From contig JBAZTR010000001.1 in NCBI GenBank assembly GCA_041661745.1, forward strand, positions 79,740 to 143,739: a DNA stretch of 64,000 nucleotides, written 5' to 3'. The notes beneath the pieces were generated by a model. That model ran no database searches. It saw nothing but the letters and a program-made list of their open reading frames with translations, and was not told where the DNA came from. The stretch is from Patescibacteria group bacterium. Lineage in GTDB: Bacteria; Patescibacteriota; Patescibacteriia; UBA9934; GWF2-40-263. The position numbers and the translations under genes were made by a program. Below, piece after piece: positions 29,108 through 40,229 of this stretch. Numbering within the stretch: the stretch's first letter is position 1; each line of letters starts with the position of its first letter.

Positions 29108-29443
29108 ATGTTTTTCTTCAAACCTCGAATCCACGAATCCGTAGCCATCGCCGCCATTCTGGCCGCGGCTATTTCTCTCCACGGTCTTTGGATTGCCAAC
29201 TTGTTGATTACACGAATTCCGGCGGTCAGTGGTTTCTTTTGCGGTTCGGGCGAAGGGGGTGCCGTACCCAGTTTGTATTTGTTTGGTTTACTTTTATTTT
29301 TTATTGCGTGGTGCGTTTTGACTTTAATTTTCAGAGGACGCGATTGTTCACATCATCGTGAAAACGCTTTTTGGTTTCTGATGGTTAGTACAATCATCTT
29401 TCTCTTTATGACTTTGCCGATAATTTTTGGGTTTGTTTCTTAA
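29108..29443 (+). CDS. hypothetical membrane protein
   Basis: Three TM helices. Confidence 0.4.
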   Translation: MFFFKPRIHESVAIAAILAAAISLHGLWIANLLITRIPAVSGFFCGSGEGGAVPSLYLFGLLLFFIAWCVLTLIFRGRDCSHHRENAFWFLMVSTIIFLFMTLPIIFGFVS

Positions 29444-29446
29444 CTT

Positions 29447-30598
29447 ATGCCAGAAAATTATACGCCGTCGCCTATCGAAGCAGCTGATAAAGTTGAGCAC
29501 GAAAAGAAGCTGGAAAAAGAATTATTAAAAATTCAGATTCTGGCCGGAAAAATGGTTTGGAATAAAGCTCGTGCCGAGGGCAAGGATATTTCTTTTTCCA
29601 AAGCTTTTGAGGAACAGTCAGATTTTTTTTCTAAGCTTTTTCGGGAGATAGTTATTGACCGCAGTGAAGAAGAAACCGACCAAATTCTTGATGAAGCAAA
29701 AACCAGAGTTAACGAAGCTTTTGACAATGGTCACGATCAATGGCTGGATCGTGTTGCCGAAGTTTTTGATAATTTATTGGAACAATGGTGTTACAAAAAA
29801 GAAAATACCAATCGAAAGGAACGGGCGGCGGCCGGTTCGATCAGTTATGGATTAAAAGCCGGGCCGCCAGAACTTGAACCATTTGGTATTGATTCTGATG
29901 ATGAAGTTCTTGAGCTTCATCTTGAGGAAATTTATAAACGCGAACAAAAAGTTGGGGTAAAAAAAGCCGTTCTGCAAGATTTACAAAATCTCGCCGTGGC
30001 CATTGTTGATAGAATGCCGCAAGTTAAAGCTGTGACCGGTTTTTCATGGTTAATGGAACATCCACTAGTTAAGCAAATCGGTTTTCAGACAATCGAGGGT
30101 CCGAGTCATGGCAGTCGCGGCGGTTCCACTTGGCTTCAATTTGTCGATCGTAATGGCAATATTCACGAACAAAGACTGAAACAGTTTTTAGAAACCGGCG
30201 AATTGCCGTTTAAGGCAAGGTTTGGTTTTATTCCTGTTGTTGATTTTTTGCAGCGATATCTGCCGGCCGAGCGTCGCGGTCAAATAATTTTGCGAGAAAA
30301 TCGTCCGGGGTGGCGTGAAGCAAAAAAGTTGTTTTATGACGCTTTTCAAGGGATCAAAGATCGCTGGTCTGATTTATCGGTAGAGGAATTAAAGAGTTTG
30401 TTGGAGCATGAACAGTCGGCTTTGGCAGTGTTAGAAGAAATCGGAATTAAAGATCAGCTTGTTGATTTATTGGTTGAAGCCAGACAGGCCGGAAAAAGTT
30501 TGTCGGAAGTTCGTGAAACTTTGGAAACTTTGAAACTAAATCAAAAACTTTCTGATTTTTTAACGCACGGCAAAGAATACACAGTGCAGATAGAATAG
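29447..30598 (+). CDS. hypothetical protein
   Basis: 383-aa ORF adjoining the upstream gene. No motif recognised. Confidence 0.45.
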   Translation: MPENYTPSPIEAADKVEHEKKLEKELLKIQILAGKMVWNKARAEGKDISFSKAFEEQSDFFSKLFREIVIDRSEEETDQILDEAKTRVNEAFDNGHDQWLDRVAEVFDNLLEQWCYKKENTNRKERAAAGSISYGLKAGPPELEPFGIDSDDEVLELHLEEIYKREQKVGVKKAVLQDLQNLAVAIVDRMPQVKAVTGFSWLMEHPLVKQIGFQTIEGPSHGSRGGSTWLQFVDRNGNIHEQRLKQFLETGELPFKARFGFIPVVDFLQRYLPAERRGQIILRENRPGWREAKKLFYDAFQGIKDRWSDLSVEELKSLLEHEQSALAVLEEIGIKDQLVDLLVEARQAGKSLSEVRETLETLKLNQKLSDFLTHGKEYTVQIE

Positions 30599-30623
30599 TT
30601 TAAAGAAGTGTTAGGAAACAATC

Positions 30624-32174
30624 TTGATAAAAACCCCAATTATTGCTAAGGTTGGTTCTGATATTGAACCAACTTTTTTTATGCAATTTTTTGTGAAAAA
30701 AGGGGAATTGAGCGAAGCTAAAACCGATCTTTTGATCGTGAATATTTTTGAGGATCAAAAAGAGGTAAAAGGCGCGACCGCTTCCATTGATAAAGCTATG
30801 GGCGGTTTGCTTAGTGCTGTTATTAAAGAAGATCACTTTGAAGGTAAGCTCGGGGCGACGCTTTTGGTTCGGCCGAGTAATAACTTACTGTTCAAGCGGG
30901 TGTTGCTTGTTGGTCTTGGTAAAAAGAAAGATTTTTCCGAAGAAAAAATTCGTGAGGTTTCAGCCGTGGCTTTTCGTGAAGCTAAAAAGTTACAAGTTAA
31001 AAATATCACTTCGATTTTGCACGGAGCAGGGAATGGTCGTTTGCCGGCCAAACTTTGTGCCAAGGCAATTGTTGAAGGAGTAATGCTCGCGGCCTATGAC
31101 TTTAATAAACATAAGAGCGAAAAAAAGAAATTAGATCCGGAAGTTTTTGAAATCGTAACTAACGATGCCCATCATGTCCGTGAAGCCTTAAAGGGAATTA
31201 CCCTTGGTGAAATTTATTCTCTGGCCACCATTCGGACTCGCGAACTTGTAAACGAACCAGCCTCGCACATGCGGCCGATTGATTTGGTTAATGCAGCTAA
31301 AACAGTAGCCACGGCCAGTAAAGGAAAAATTAAAATCAAAATTTTTGATCACGCCGCTTTGACCCGCATGGGAGCAAACGGAATTTTGTCCGTGGCTCGC
31401 GGCTCTGATCACGAACCTTTCATGGTTCACTTAACTTACAAACCGGCTGGCGCCAAAAAAAGAATTGCTTTTGTTGGCAAAGGTTTGACTTTCGACTCTG
31501 GCGGTATCTCCCTTAAACCCAGCGAGCACATGATGACCATGAAATGCGATATGGCCGGCGCGGCCGCGGTGATTGGGGCTTTTTCCGCATTCACACAATT
31601 AAATCCAAAAATAGAAATTCATGGAATTTTTGCTGCTTGTGAAAACATGCCTTCCGGCAAAGCTCTGGTGCCTGGCGATGTGGTTCAGACTTTGAGTAAA
31701 AAAACCGTGGAAATTTTAAACACTGATGCCGAAGGTCGCGTAACTTTGGCTGACACACTTTTTTATGCCGGTAAACTTAAGCCAGCTTTAATTATTGATA
31801 TCGCCACCTTAACCGGTTCCTGTCTGTCGGCGCTTGGTGAAGAAGTGGCCGGGGTAATGGGCAACCATCCTGAACTAACGCAAAAACTTTTGACAGCCGC
31901 CAACACCGCCGGTGAAAGAGCGTGGGAATTGCCTTTGGAAGAAAGTTACAAACAACTAATAAAATCCGAAGTGGCTGATTTAAAAAATATCGGTGGCAAA
32001 TACGGTGGGGTACTGACTGCCGGTCTCTTTCTTCAAGAATTTGTGGGCGAAACCCCATGGATTCACATGGACATTGCCGGCCCGGCCTTTGCCGAACGAC
32101 CGTTTAATGCTTATACCAAACTCGGTGGAACTGGGTTTGGGGTGAGGACAATCCTGGAATATTTGAATAACTAA
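30624..32174 (+). CDS. pepA: leucyl aminopeptidase (M17 family)
   Basis: NTDAEGRVTLADTL motif and the M17 catalytic domain. Confidence 0.85.
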   Translation: MIKTPIIAKVGSDIEPTFFMQFFVKKGELSEAKTDLLIVNIFEDQKEVKGATASIDKAMGGLLSAVIKEDHFEGKLGATLLVRPSNNLLFKRVLLVGLGKKKDFSEEKIREVSAVAFREAKKLQVKNITSILHGAGNGRLPAKLCAKAIVEGVMLAAYDFNKHKSEKKKLDPEVFEIVTNDAHHVREALKGITLGEIYSLATIRTRELVNEPASHMRPIDLVNAAKTVATASKGKIKIKIFDHAALTRMGANGILSVARGSDHEPFMVHLTYKPAGAKKRIAFVGKGLTFDSGGISLKPSEHMMTMKCDMAGAAAVIGAFSAFTQLNPKIEIHGIFAACENMPSGKALVPGDVVQTLSKKTVEILNTDAEGRVTLADTLFYAGKLKPALIIDIATLTGSCLSALGEEVAGVMGNHPELTQKLLTAANTAGERAWELPLEESYKQLIKSEVADLKNIGGKYGGVLTAGLFLQEFVGETPWIHMDIAGPAFAERPFNAYTKLGGTGFGVRTILEYLNN

Positions 32175-32245
32175 ACATATTCACAGTCAAAATTGAATTT
32201 ACCATTGCCAAAAAAGCGCCGTTAGATTATACTAAGGGCGCTTTT

Positions 32246-32527
32246 ATGGACGAAACCGAGGCTAAAAAACCAAAAAAACCGACTTCCGATGCGGCATACT
32301 ATCGTTTTGCCATGCGCATTGTGGGCGATTTTGGCGTAAGCATCGCTGTCCCGGCCGTGTTGGCCGCTTTTGGGGGAATTTGGCTCGATCGTCAACTTGG
32401 CACAACGCCGTGGCTTCTGTTCGCCGGTTTGATTGCCGCTTTCACCTCCACCTACCTGGTTATTAAAAAGAAAGCCACTGATTACGCTAAAAAGTTTGAT
32501 GAGCTTGGAAAGGGGGACAAAGTATGA
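32246..32527 (+). CDS. ATP synthase protein I / AtpZ-like small membrane protein
   Basis: Two TM helices. Sits immediately upstream of atpB and overlaps it by 4 bp. Confidence 0.55.
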   Translation: MDETEAKKPKKPTSDAAYYRFAMRIVGDFGVSIAVPAVLAAFGGIWLDRQLGTTPWLLFAGLIAAFTSTYLVIKKKATDYAKKFDELGKGDKV

Positions 32528-33315
32528 TCTCTGTCGCTGCTGAAACAATTTTTACAATCGCGGGTTTTCCCATTACCAATTCCATGATCAACGCCTGGGT
32601 CGGCATTGTTATCTTTTTGATCGTCGGATTGATTGTGCGAAAAAAGGCTTCGCTTACTCCCCGCGGTTTTTTAAATTTCGTTGATTATATAATTGAAGCC
32701 TTGTTGGCTCAGGCCGAAGGGGTTGTGGGTGACCGCGAGCGCGCCCGAAAGTTTTTCCCCATCTGTGCGACGCTATTTCTTTTCATTCTTATTTCCAACT
32801 GGATCGGCTTACTTCCAGGTGTTGGTTCAATCGGTATTTGGGAAATGGAAGGTACAGAAAGAATTTTGGTGCCGCTTTTCCGCCCGCCGACAAGTGATTT
32901 GAACTTCACCGTGGCCATCGCCGTCTTTGCCATGGGTATGGCCCATGTCTTTGGCCTGCTTTCAATTGGTTTTGTTGCTTATATCAGCCGTTTCATTAAC
33001 ATTCGTGGAATTTTCCAGTCTTTTAAACACGGTCCGATGGCTGTAATTGTCGCTCTGGTTGAATTTTGTGTCGGTCTCTTGGAGATTATTAGTGAATTTG
33101 CTAAGGTGCTTTCGCTTTCGCTTCGGTTATTCGGTAACATTTTCGCCGGCGAGGTGCTTCTTGCTGTTATTTACATGTTAACTACGGCAATTGTGCCATT
33201 ACCATTTATCTTTCTGGAATTGTTGATTGGTGCCATTCAGGCCACGGTGTTTGCCATGTTAACTCTGGTTTTCATGAAGTCTATGTCTGATTCCCACGAA
33301 GCGCACGCCGAATAA
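32524..33315 (+). CDS. atpB: F0F1 ATP synthase subunit a
   Basis: LSLRLFGNIFAGE motif containing the essential Arg. Confidence 0.9.
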   Translation: MISVAAETIFTIAGFPITNSMINAWVGIVIFLIVGLIVRKKASLTPRGFLNFVDYIIEALLAQAEGVVGDRERARKFFPICATLFLFILISNWIGLLPGVGSIGIWEMEGTERILVPLFRPPTSDLNFTVAIAVFAMGMAHVFGLLSIGFVAYISRFINIRGIFQSFKHGPMAVIVALVEFCVGLLEIISEFAKVLSLSLRLFGNIFAGEVLLAVIYMLTTAIVPLPFIFLELLIGAIQATVFAMLTLVFMKSMSDSHEAHAE

Positions 33316-33357
33316 TAAATTAAAAAATAATTAATTAAGAATTAACCAAATATAAAT

Positions 33358-33588
33358 ATGGATGCAGAATCGATCAAAATGCTGGCTAGCGCCATTGCTA
33401 TCGCGGTCAGCGGTATGGGCCCGGCCATTGGTATTGGTCTTATTGGCTCAAAGGCCATGGAAGGTATTGGCCGCAATCCGGAAGCTTCGGGTAAACTTCT
33501 CGTTCCGATGCTTTTGGGCATGGCTTTTGCTGAAGCCGTTGCCATTTACGCTCTTGTTGTCACCCTTATTATCCAATTCGTTCTCTAA
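33358..33588 (+). CDS. atpE: F0F1 ATP synthase subunit c
   Basis: Hairpin proteolipid with the GIGRNPEA loop and the carboxylate helix. Confidence 0.9.
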   Translation: MDAESIKMLASAIAIAVSGMGPAIGIGLIGSKAMEGIGRNPEASGKLLVPMLLGMAFAEAVAIYALVVTLIIQFVL

Positions 33589-33653
33589 TATTTAGACGAA
33601 CAGGCGATCGTTTATAACGGTCGCCTGACGTTTGAAGATTAGTAAATAATTTT

Positions 33654-34160
33654 ATGGTCGAAGAAGTTGGCGGCATTGCCGCCCTGGGAATTAATCTAAA
33701 ACTTTTTATCGCGCAGTTGGTTCATTTCCTAATTGTGTTGGTTATTTTTTGGAAATGGATTTACAAGCCGGTTGTTAAAAAATTAGACGAACGCGCCGAA
33801 ACAATCGACAAAAGCGTTCGTGATGCTAAAGAGGTTGAAGAACGTGTAGCCAAACTGGAAACAGAAAGAAAAGAAGTTATCACTTCAGCCAAAACTGAAG
33901 CCTCACATCGCATTGAAGAAGCCCAAGAGGCCGCCGAAGCCCGCAAGAATGATATTTTGGCACAAGCTAAAGCTGAAGTGGAACGGGTCGTTAAATCTGG
34001 TAAAGAACAATTGGTAAAAGAAAAAGAGGCCATGATTCGCGAGGCCCGACAGGAAATTGTCGAAGTGGCCATGGCCGCGGCCAAACAAGTTTTGAAAGAA
34101 ACCGTTTCCGAAAAAACTTCTAAAAAATTAGCCGAAGATGCGGTGGAGAAATTGGTTTGA
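33654..34160 (+). CDS. atpF: F0F1 ATP synthase subunit b
   Basis: Single N-terminal TM helix followed by a long charged helix. Confidence 0.8.
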   Translation: MVEEVGGIAALGINLKLFIAQLVHFLIVLVIFWKWIYKPVVKKLDERAETIDKSVRDAKEVEERVAKLETERKEVITSAKTEASHRIEEAQEAAEARKNDILAQAKAEVERVVKSGKEQLVKEKEAMIREARQEIVEVAMAAAKQVLKETVSEKTSKKLAEDAVEKLV

Positions 34161-34162
34161 GG

Positions 34163-34253
34163 TTCAACTTGTTCAAGTTGTTCAATTGTTCACTGGTAAT
34201 TGGTTGCTCCAATCCAAAAATGAACAATTTGAACAGGTGAACACTTGAACAGT
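34163..34253. repeat. TGTTCA-word palindromic repeat element (copy 1)
   Basis: ttcaacttgttcaagttgttcaattgttcactgg ... the reverse complement of copy 2's right arm. Internally palindromic. Confidence 0.65.
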
Positions 34254-34258
34254 GATTT

Positions 34259-34645
34259 ATGAAAAAAATCAACGCTAAAAAATTCGCTCGTGTCTTAATT
34301 GACGCGGTTGAAGATAAAAGTCCAAGTGAAACGGAAAAAATTATTTCCGAGTTCATTGCTTATTTGTCGGAAAAGCGTTTGTTGGCCTGGTGGCGAGAAA
34401 TTTCTCGCAGTATCGAAAATGTGTGGCGAGAAAAATACGGCGTGGCCAATATTTCAGTCATTTCCGCGCATCCTCTTTCAGAAAAATCGCGTAAGGCTTT
34501 AGAAAAAGTTGCCCCGGGCGCGGATATTGTGGAAACGGTTGATCCGGAATTAATTGGCGGAGCAATTGTCCGCATTGATGACAGAATCGTTGATAGTTCA
34601 GTTCTCGGTTCCCTTAATTCTTTAAAACAAACTTTAGTTAGATAA
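34259..34645 (+). CDS. atpH: F0F1 ATP synthase subunit delta (short form)
   Basis: OSCP-like C-terminal region ([22 protein letters not shown]). 128 aa. Confidence 0.7.
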   Translation: MKKINAKKFARVLIDAVEDKSPSETEKIISEFIAYLSEKRLLAWWREISRSIENVWREKYGVANISVISAHPLSEKSRKALEKVAPGADIVETVDPELIGGAIVRIDDRIVDSSVLGSLNSLKQTLVR

Positions 34646-34646
34646 T

Positions 34647-36155
34647 ATGACTTCTAAAAATGACATCTTAGCCGCGCTGAAAAAGCAGGTCGAAGCTTTC
34701 AAGGTTGAGGCCAAAGAAGAAAAGGTAGGTACGGTTATTTCCGTTGGTGACGGCGTGGCCCGCATGAGCGGCTTGTCCGAATGTCAGGCCTCGGAAATGC
34801 TTTTGTTTCCTGGTGATGTTTACGGCTTGGCTTTGAACTTGGAAGAAGAAACTGTTGGTGCGGTTATTTTGGGCAATGCCGCGGAAATTAAGGAAGGCGA
34901 CATTGTTAAATCAACCGGTCGTATTTTGTCCATTCCGGTTTCTGATGAACTTGTTGGTCGTGTCATCGATCCACTTGGTAATCCTTTAGATGGTAAGGGA
35001 GCGATTAAATCAAATACCTTTCAACCAATTGAAAAAATCGCGCCGGGCGTTATGACTCGTAAGTCAGTGACCGTGCCGCTTCATACCGGTATCAAGTGTA
35101 TTGATTCCATGATTCCGATTGGTCGCGGTCAGCGTGAACTTATCATTGGCGATCGCCAGGTGGGTAAAACTGCTTTGGCTATCGACACAATTTTGAACCA
35201 AAAAGGCGAGAACGTGAAATGTATTTACGTGGCCATTGGTCAGAAGGAATCTAAAATCGCTAAAATCGTGGCTCGTCTTGAAGAAGCTGGCGCCATGGAA
35301 TACACCACCATTGTTTTGGCTGGTGCGTCTGATCCGGCCCCGCTTTCGTTTATTGCTCCGTATTCCGGTTGCGCTATTGGCGAATATTTTATGGCCAAAG
35401 GCGAGGATGTCTTGGTGATTTACGATGACTTGTCCAAGCATGCTTGGGCTTATCGTGAAATTTCACTCCTCCTGCGCCGCCCACCGGGTCGTGAAGCGTA
35501 TCCCGGCGACGTTTTTTACCTTCACTCTCGTTTACTCGAACGCGCCGCGCGTTTGGACGAAAAGTATGGTGGCGGATCACTCACCGCTTTGCCGATTATT
35601 GAAACGCAGGCCGGTGACGTTTCGGCTTACATTCCTACCAACGTTATTTCTATTACTGATGGTCAGATTTTCTTGGAAACCGATATGTTCTACCGCGGCA
35701 TTCGCCCGGCTTTGAACATTGGTATTTGCGTTTCTCGTGTGGGTAGTGCCGCGCAAACCAAGGCTATGAAAAAAGTGGCTGGCAAACTTCGTCTTGACTT
35801 GGCCCAGTTCCGCGAGCTTGAAGCTTTTGCTCAATTTGCCACTGACCTTGATGAAGGAACCAAAAAGCAAATTGAACGCGGTCGTCGCGCCATTGAAGTC
35901 ACTAAACAACCACAGTATCAACCAATGCCGTTTGAAAATCAGGTGGCTATTCTTTTCGCTGTGACCAACGGTTTGATTGATGATGTTCCGGTCGAAAAAG
36001 TTCAGGAATGGGAAAAAGGATTCCACTCTTTCACCAGAGCTGAAAAGTCCGGTCTTTTGGAAATCATTAAGACCGAACGCGATTTGTCAGACAAAACAAC
36101 TGAAGAACTGAAAAAGGCTATTGAGGAGTTTAAGGAAATATTTAAGTCTGTCTAA
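34647..36155 (+). CDS. atpA: F0F1 ATP synthase subunit alpha
   Basis: GDRQVGKT Walker A and alpha-subunit motifs. Confidence 0.95.
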   Translation: MTSKNDILAALKKQVEAFKVEAKEEKVGTVISVGDGVARMSGLSECQASEMLLFPGDVYGLALNLEEETVGAVILGNAAEIKEGDIVKSTGRILSIPVSDELVGRVIDPLGNPLDGKGAIKSNTFQPIEKIAPGVMTRKSVTVPLHTGIKCIDSMIPIGRGQRELIIGDRQVGKTALAIDTILNQKGENVKCIYVAIGQKESKIAKIVARLEEAGAMEYTTIVLAGASDPAPLSFIAPYSGCAIGEYFMAKGEDVLVIYDDLSKHAWAYREISLLLRRPPGREAYPGDVFYLHSRLLERAARLDEKYGGGSLTALPIIETQAGDVSAYIPTNVISITDGQIFLETDMFYRGIRPALNIGICVSRVGSAAQTKAMKKVAGKLRLDLAQFRELEAFAQFATDLDEGTKKQIERGRRAIEVTKQPQYQPMPFENQVAILFAVTNGLIDDVPVEKVQEWEKGFHSFTRAEKSGLLEIIKTERDLSDKTTEELKKAIEEFKEIFKSV

Positions 36156-36156
36156 T

Positions 36157-36250
36157 TTTGTTCAAGTGTTCATATGTTCAAATTGTTCATCTTTGGATTG
36201 GAACAACCAATCACCAGTGAACAATTGAACAACTTGAACAAGTTGAACAT
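36157..36250. repeat. TGTTCA-word palindromic repeat element (copy 2, inverted relative to copy 1)
   Basis: Right arm ccagtgaacaattgaacaacttgaacaagttgaacat is the reverse complement of copy 1's left arm. Confidence 0.65.
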
Positions 36251-36259
36251 GATTAAAAT

Positions 36260-37165
36260 ATGGCATTAAGCACACGGGCAATCCGTCGTCGGATCAAGTC
36301 CGTTAAAAACACTTGCAAGATTACCAAGGCCATGGAATTGGTCTCAGCCAGCAAAATGCGCAAGGCCGTGTCTTCGGTTTTGTTGTCGCGACCATTTGCT
36401 CGTTTGGCGTGGGATACGGTTTCGGCCGTGGGCGCAGTGGTTGATGTTTCGCTTCACCCCCTACTTCGAAAAAATAACAAAAGTGGCAAGACCTTGGTTT
36501 TGCTTTTAACTTCTGATCGTGGTTTGGCTGGTGGTTTTAATGCCAACATGAATAAAAAAATAATCCAAGCGGCCAAAGATTTCGGTTCGGAAAATATTGA
36601 TGTGGTGGCCGTTGGTCGCAAAGGTGCCGAAGCTTCGCGTCGGGCCGGTCTGAACCTTGTCGCTTCATTTACCGGCATTACCAATAATCCTAAGTTTGAA
36701 GAAATTCTGCCGATTGGCCGAATGTTGGTTGATGAATTTATTAAAGAAAAATACGACCGGGTTCTTATTGCTTATACTGATTTCGTTTCCGCGGTAAACC
36801 AACAACCGATTGTTCTTGAACTTTTACCTTTTGGCAAACCAGCTGATTTTTACCGTGTTGGAAATGTTTCTGCTCAGGCCTCTCAAGCCTTTCCAGCCTC
36901 TCAGGCCAAAGAGTATAAATTCGAACCAAGCCCGGAAGAAGTTTTAAATAAACTTTTACCGCGTTTGGTTGAAACTATGGTTTATCAGGCAGTTCTGGAA
37001 TCAGCAGCTTCGGAACATTCCGCGCGCATGTTGGCCATGCGCAACGCTTCGGATGCGGCCAACGACATGATCGATTCATTAACTTTCACTTATAATCAAT
37101 TCCGCCAAGCGGCTATTACTCGGGAAATTGCCGAGATTAGCGGCGGTAAAGCGGCCCTGGAATAA
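36260..37165 (+). CDS. atpG: F0F1 ATP synthase subunit gamma
   Basis: IKSVKNTCKITKAMELVSASKMRKA N-terminus and a conserved C-terminal helix. Confidence 0.9.
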   Translation: MALSTRAIRRRIKSVKNTCKITKAMELVSASKMRKAVSSVLLSRPFARLAWDTVSAVGAVVDVSLHPLLRKNNKSGKTLVLLLTSDRGLAGGFNANMNKKIIQAAKDFGSENIDVVAVGRKGAEASRRAGLNLVASFTGITNNPKFEEILPIGRMLVDEFIKEKYDRVLIAYTDFVSAVNQQPIVLELLPFGKPADFYRVGNVSAQASQAFPASQAKEYKFEPSPEEVLNKLLPRLVETMVYQAVLESAASEHSARMLAMRNASDAANDMIDSLTFTYNQFRQAAITREIAEISGGKAALE

Positions 37166-37166
37166 T

Positions 37167-37282
37167 GCCCCCACCCCAACCCTCCCCCGTCGTGGCGACG
37201 AGAGAGGGAGAACTAATTTATTGGTTCTTCCTCCCTCGTATGTCACTAGTTAACATACGGGGGAGGATAAGAGGAGAGGGCC
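37167..37282. repeat. MITE-like G/C-rich inverted-repeat element (copy A, atpG-atpD spacer)
   Basis: The first 47 nt are identical to copy B. Nested inverted repeats (CCCCACCCCAACCCTCCCCC ... GGGGGAGGATAAGAGGAGAGGG) enclose internal hairpins. Confidence 0.7.
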
Positions 37283-37286
37283 TTAA

Positions 37287-38707
<1,421 letters not shown>

Positions 38708-38824
38708 GCCCCCACCCCAACCCTCCCCCGTCGTGGCGACGAGAGAGGGAGAACAATAGAAAACAAATAACTCCCCCAAGAATTCTCCCTCCCTCATATG
38801 GCCGCATATGGGGGAGGGTAAGGG
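38708..38824. repeat. MITE-like G/C-rich inverted-repeat element (copy B, atpD-atpC spacer)
   Basis: Starts right after the atpD stop. Its GGGGAGAGGG end sits about 6 nt before the atpC ATG. Confidence 0.7.
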
Positions 38825-38835
38825 GAGAGGGAATT

Positions 38836-39291
38836 ATGAAACAACTGACAATTAAAATAGTGACTCCGGAACGCATCGTCTTCGAAGGTGAAGCCGAGTC
38901 TTTGAGTGTTATGACGGAAAGCGGTGAGATTACGGTTTTGGCCGATCACATTCCGTTGGTCACTTCGCTTCGCCCCGGTGAAATGCGTCTTAAACAAAAA
39001 GGCGAGGAACAACTAATGGTTGTCTCGACCGGTTTTCTTGAAGTTCGCCCAGGTAATCAAATTATTGTTTTAGCCGATACTGCCGAACGCGTGGAAGAAT
39101 TAGAACTTGAGAAAATAGAAAAGGCGCGCGAGGAAGCTCGTAAGATTTTAGAAGAAAAGCGTTCAGTCGATGCTGTTGCCGCCGCGTCGGCCACCGCCGC
39201 CCTTGAGCGTGAATTGGCTCGTTACAAAGTTGTGATGAAGAAACGTCGGGTTTCACGTCCGTCGTCTGGTGTTAGGGGAATAAGTGAATAA
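38836..39291 (+). CDS. atpC: F0F1 ATP synthase subunit epsilon
   Basis: N-terminal beta-sandwich (IVTPERIVFEGEAESL) plus a C-terminal helical region. The C-terminal extension runs into the downstream repeat. Confidence 0.85.
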   Translation: MKQLTIKIVTPERIVFEGEAESLSVMTESGEITVLADHIPLVTSLRPGEMRLKQKGEEQLMVVSTGFLEVRPGNQIIVLADTAERVEELELEKIEKAREEARKILEEKRSVDAVAAASATAALERELARYKVVMKKRRVSRPSSGVRGISE

Positions 39292-39317
39292 GGGGATGTA
39301 GGTGAATAAGTGTTTTT

Positions 39318-39677
39318 ATGGGTAGTACCAAATTTTTTGAATTTTGGGATTGGAACGAGGGACACAATTTGGTTTTAGAAATTTACAAAATTATTAAGAA
39401 ATTTCCTGACACCGAGAGATTTAATTTAATTTCTCAACTCCGATCAGCCGCTGTTTCAATTCCGACCAATATCGCCGAAGGAACCGGGAGAAGAACAACC
39501 AAGGATCTAATTCATTTTTTGGTGCAAGCCCGCGGTTCTGCCTATGAAGTGATTTATCTGTTGTATCTGTCAAAATCTTTAAATTATTTAGATGAAGAAA
39601 TTTATCGAGAATTATTTTCTAGATACAATCGTCTAGCCGCCGCTCTTAATAGTCACATAAGCTCTCTCGACAAATAG
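39318..39677 (+). CDS. four-helix-bundle protein (23S rRNA IVS-associated protein family)
   Basis: NIAEGTGR and ARGSAYEV motifs. 119 aa. Flanked by GTGAATAAG/AGGTGAATAA inverted repeats. Confidence 0.75.
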   Translation: MGSTKFFEFWDWNEGHNLVLEIYKIIKKFPDTERFNLISQLRSAAVSIPTNIAEGTGRRTTKDLIHFLVQARGSAYEVIYLLYLSKSLNYLDEEIYRELFSRYNRLAAALNSHISSLDK

Positions 39678-39723
39678 AGTTTATTCACCTTTATTCACTT
39701 ATACCCCTTTAAACACCTGAAAT

Positions 39724-40128
39724 ATGCACACATGCCACCACGCCTTAATCCGTTGCATGGACTTTCGCCTTCAAAAAGCGATTGATCAATGGATGGTAGA
39801 AAAAAATTTAGCCGGTGACTGTGACATGATTTCCGTGGCCGGAGCAGGGAAGGATATTGTAGATAACCCGGACGGTTTCGTGGCCACACAAATTGATTTG
39901 TCTTCAAAATTACACGCCACCAAAACCGTTCTCCTCATGAATCACATGGATTGCGGGGCATACGGTGGACATACTGCTTTCGAAAATCTTGAAACCGAAC
40001 GTGCTCATCATATTTCCGAAATGACCAAAGCAGCCGAAACAATCAAAGCCAAACGTCCTGATATGGAAGTGAAAATGATTTTGGCTAATATTGATGAGAA
40101 CGGCACAGTGACGATTGAAAATATATAA
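39724..40128 (+). CDS. beta-class carbonic anhydrase-like protein (short form)
   Basis: CMDFR and HMDCG zinc-ligand motifs. Confidence 0.6.
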   Translation: MHTCHHALIRCMDFRLQKAIDQWMVEKNLAGDCDMISVAGAGKDIVDNPDGFVATQIDLSSKLHATKTVLLMNHMDCGAYGGHTAFENLETERAHHISEMTKAAETIKAKRPDMEVKMILANIDENGTVTIENI

Positions 40129-40141
40129 AAAATAGATAAAG

Positions 40142-40175
40142 GCACCTGATTTGTTCAGGTGCTTTTTATTATTGT
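40142..40175 (+). terminator. rho-independent terminator
   Basis: gcacctga-tttgt-tcaggtgc hairpin followed by a T-run. Confidence 0.6.
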
Positions 40176-40229
40176 TTTTTTTGGACTTTTATAATAAGAT
40201 TTCCCCGCCTCTAGCCCACGGAGTTTACC

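Noticed and set aside
34163-36250. CRISPR array hypothesis for the TGTTCA-word repeats.
   Set aside because: No regularly spaced identical repeats with unique spacers. The elements are palindromic singletons in intergenic spacers.
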